DNA of 64,000 nt from Phoronis australis (taxonomy: Eukaryota > Animalia > Phoronida): contig NMRA01000347.1 in NCBI GenBank assembly GCA_002633005.1, positions 62,001 through 126,000 on the forward strand. The letters are read 5' to 3'. Every line of letters begins with the position of its first letter. Position 1 is the first letter of the stretch. The notes below the pieces were generated by a model that saw only the letters and a program-made list of their open reading frames with translations, was not told the origin of the DNA and made no database searches. The translations under genes and the position numbers were made by a program. Positions 63,280 through 64,000 of this stretch are shown here, piece by piece.

Positions 63280-64000
63280 AAGAAACACCGATGAAGGAAA
63301 CTTATTGGAAATTTGAACTGTACAGAAGAAGGAAAACCACAAGCCCTTGGAGAAACAGTTTGCATTTTGCACGTGCTCGGCGAGCGAACACGTGGTAGAT
63401 GGTGGGATGCATTGAATATTAAACGTCTAGTAGGGTGCTCACTATTAGAAAACGGGTAGGACAAACTAAAATCGTAACGCCAGACAAACAAAGCAAAAGG
63501 AATGAAATAAACAAATATGACCCCACACAAAAAACAAAAGCAGTTTACAACTTAAAATACAAACAAGCGTGCAACACTTAATGTCAATATAAATATGTTA
63601 TGCTCAGTGGAAACGCAACTTTCGTGAACCCCAAAACGTCCGACAGTGCCTGTACTAATCAATCTTGCATCATGGCGGCAGATCCTTTCCGTCCAATATC
63701 AAGACTTCGTTCGTCATTTCTTCCTGTACATTATACGACAAAATTTGTTGAACACACGGCAAGCGATAAAGTCGTTAATTGAAAATCTTCAGCCATCAAT
63801 AGTGAACTTTTGTTTTGTGTTCAGCAAATTTTGTCTACAGTGGGGCTGCCATCAAGTTAATCTGACATGCGCAGTAACAGATACATAATGTTCATGCTAT
63901 CAGTAAACATTCGTTGAGTCAACATGTCAATAGGAGTCTAAAAAAGAGAAATGGGTATGATTTCATTCGAAAACAATAAAACTGAACAATGAAGGTATTT

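Overview
AT-rich, intron-rich animal genomic DNA, most consistent with a bilaterian invertebrate. It is not prokaryotic. Five protein-coding genes were reconstructed by hand from GT-AG boundaries and reading-frame phase. (1) The 3' part of a Slo2/KCNT (Slack/Slick-type) K+ channel, + strand, 521-12289, 14 exons. (2) A three-exon microsomal glutathione S-transferase (MGST1/MAPEG), - strand, 14961-17842. (3) An unrecognised, mostly disordered ~1000-aa protein, - strand, 27925-~39578. (4) TTC16, + strand, 45430-59778, head-to-head with gene 3. (5) A divergent two-RRM ELAV/Sex-lethal-like gene with an uninterrupted RRM-coding region, + strand, 62704-63279. Introns and intergenic DNA contain MITEs (5-bp and 6-bp TSD hAT-like, 3-bp TSD Harbinger-like, fold-back), two tRNA-derived SINE copies, a possible solo LTR and many minisatellites. 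Four tandem duplications, each joined by a single N, are probably assembly artefacts. The best leads are CTCF-like motifs concentrated beside exons and amplified by repeats, the uncharacterised RPxSA-rich gene sharing a ciliary-type promoter with TTC16, alternative Slo2 C-termini and a microexon, and the ELAV/Sxl-like gene. No database searches were possible; homology calls rest on recalled family motifs.
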